Source: Octopus bimaculoides (lineage: Eukaryota). From it: DNA of 32,187 nt. The DNA lies in the NCBI RefSeq assembly GCF_001194135.2, contig NC_069007.1, positions 17,093,946 through 17,126,132 of the forward strand. The letters run 5' to 3'. The notes beneath the pieces are model-generated. The model did not search any database. It was not told the DNA's origin and worked only from the letters and a program-made list of their open reading frames with translations. Positions 30,746-32,187 of the stretch are shown in pieces (positions within the stretch are counted from its first letter, which is position 1; the number at the start of each line of letters is the position of its first letter). A program made the position numbers and the translations under genes.

Positions 30746-31286
30746 AAAAGAATATATATATATATATTATAGACACACATATACAATGTGTTAATTTCAA
30801 TACCACAAATGACCACCACCAACAATAGGGCACCAACCAAGTACCATTACAAACACCATATCTACCGATAACAACATCACCGACCCCAACACCACCATCC
30901 TACCAGCATCACCACCCAAAACAGGTCCTGTTTGTTTTACATGTTATCATTTTGTTTCTTTCCAAAATCTGAAACATTACATCAGCAAACCTACATACAT
31001 CCATACTATATATATATGTATGTGTGTATATTTATGTGCATGTGTGTGTGTGTGTATATATGTACACACACATGCACAATCATGGTGGTTCTGCTGGAAG
31101 ATCTCTTTTGTTCTCGTGTTCTTGCTATGTCTTTTGTTTCCATATTTTAAAAAATTTCATCCAAAAGAAATGCTTTTTTTTTTATATGTATATATTTTTG
31201 TTTGTACATTTTCCATTATTATTTGTCGTTACCTCATATCTGATATATACATACATGCATATACATGTATATGTATATATATATAT

Positions 31287-31587
31287 CATGGAACCTTGGT
31301 TTAAGAATCTAATTTGTTCCCGAAGGCTGTTCTTCACCTGAAATATTTGTAAACTGAAATTGTTTTTCCCATAGGAAATTCAAGAGAATGCACAGTAAAT
31401 TTCAGTAGGGATGTTCACTAAGAGAAAGCTAGACAGCAACCCTTTAATACTCCCTGCTTGTTGTCAACTGTTGTTCCCAGCTTGTTTGTTATTCAAGACA
31501 TCATTTATCACCTGAGATATTTTATGTTTGATAAACTGTTCGTAAACCAATTTGTTTGTGTTGAGAGGTATTAGTAAACCAAGCTTC

Positions 31588-31591
<4 letters not shown>
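31287..31591. mobile_element. pogo/Tigger-like MITE
   Basis: CATGGAACCTTGGTTTAAGAA ... TTAGTAAACCAAGCTTCCACT imperfect TIRs, embedded in TA repeats. Confidence 0.65.
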
Positions 31592-31640
<49 letters not shown>

Positions 31641-32187
31641 TACATATACCCGAGATTTAATAATTACCTAGTAATATTGGTACAGTATCTGACTCCTGAT
31701 GTCTGGAATTATTTGATTACAACCTTTCTTCTCGCTTTAATTTCCTTTCATAGTTAATAATTCCCTACTACCTTACCCTCAAAGGAACTCCCGACCCCCA
31801 CCAAATGCTGTGGCCTTGTGCCCATCTTAGAAATTACTAAATTTACAAGTCAGAAAGATGACAGTCTGTAAAACTAAATGTTACATAGGATTTAGTTTAG
31901 ATCTCTGTCCAAATCTCATGAGGTTGGACTTCGTCATTGTCAGTGGGAATGTGAATAACATACTAAATCAACTACCTTAGAAATTGTCATTAGAGCATGT
32001 TGGTTGCAGCATCAGGCTAAATATCTCTAGATATATATAGACAGATAGAGATGTATATAATTTTTTTTTTTTACTTTTCTACAGTCAACTAACTGTGACA
32101 TCAACTTTATCTTACATTTATCTAAGGGGATCAAAAGAATAAAGTACCAGTCATGTACTGGGGGTAAATCTAAATGGCAAACCTATT

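Noticed and set aside
27703-32187. A second host gene downstream of the satellite
   Set aside because: I recognised no exon with protein similarity; the sequence is microsatellite, SINE and MITE. A small exon or one hidden in a gap cannot be excluded.

Overview
AT-rich, microsatellite-dense eukaryotic genomic DNA from a gapped draft assembly (8 N-runs). The repeat repertoire looks octopus-like, which is inference only. The one supportable host gene is ERCC3/XPB, the TFIIH translocase, on the + strand. Fourteen coding exons (632-18520) are visible with GT-AG boundaries and consistent phases. At least one internal exon is inferred to lie in the 1462-2324 gap, and the N-terminal exons lie upstream of the window. 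Introns and the downstream region are packed with three tRNA-derived SINE families, fragments of RTE, Dong/R4 and probable L1/Tx1 LINEs, and piggyBac-, mariner-, hAT- and Tigger-type MITEs. The most unusual structures are: a ~2.9 kb CpG-saturated TACG/TTCG satellite; a near-perfect 131-bp-arm fold-back flanked by a 12-bp direct repeat; an intron built as a serial stack of retroelements at (ATT/TAA)n tracts; tandemly duplicated splice acceptors; and a DEVQ rather than DEVH Walker B motif in XPB. I found no convincing new protein-coding system.
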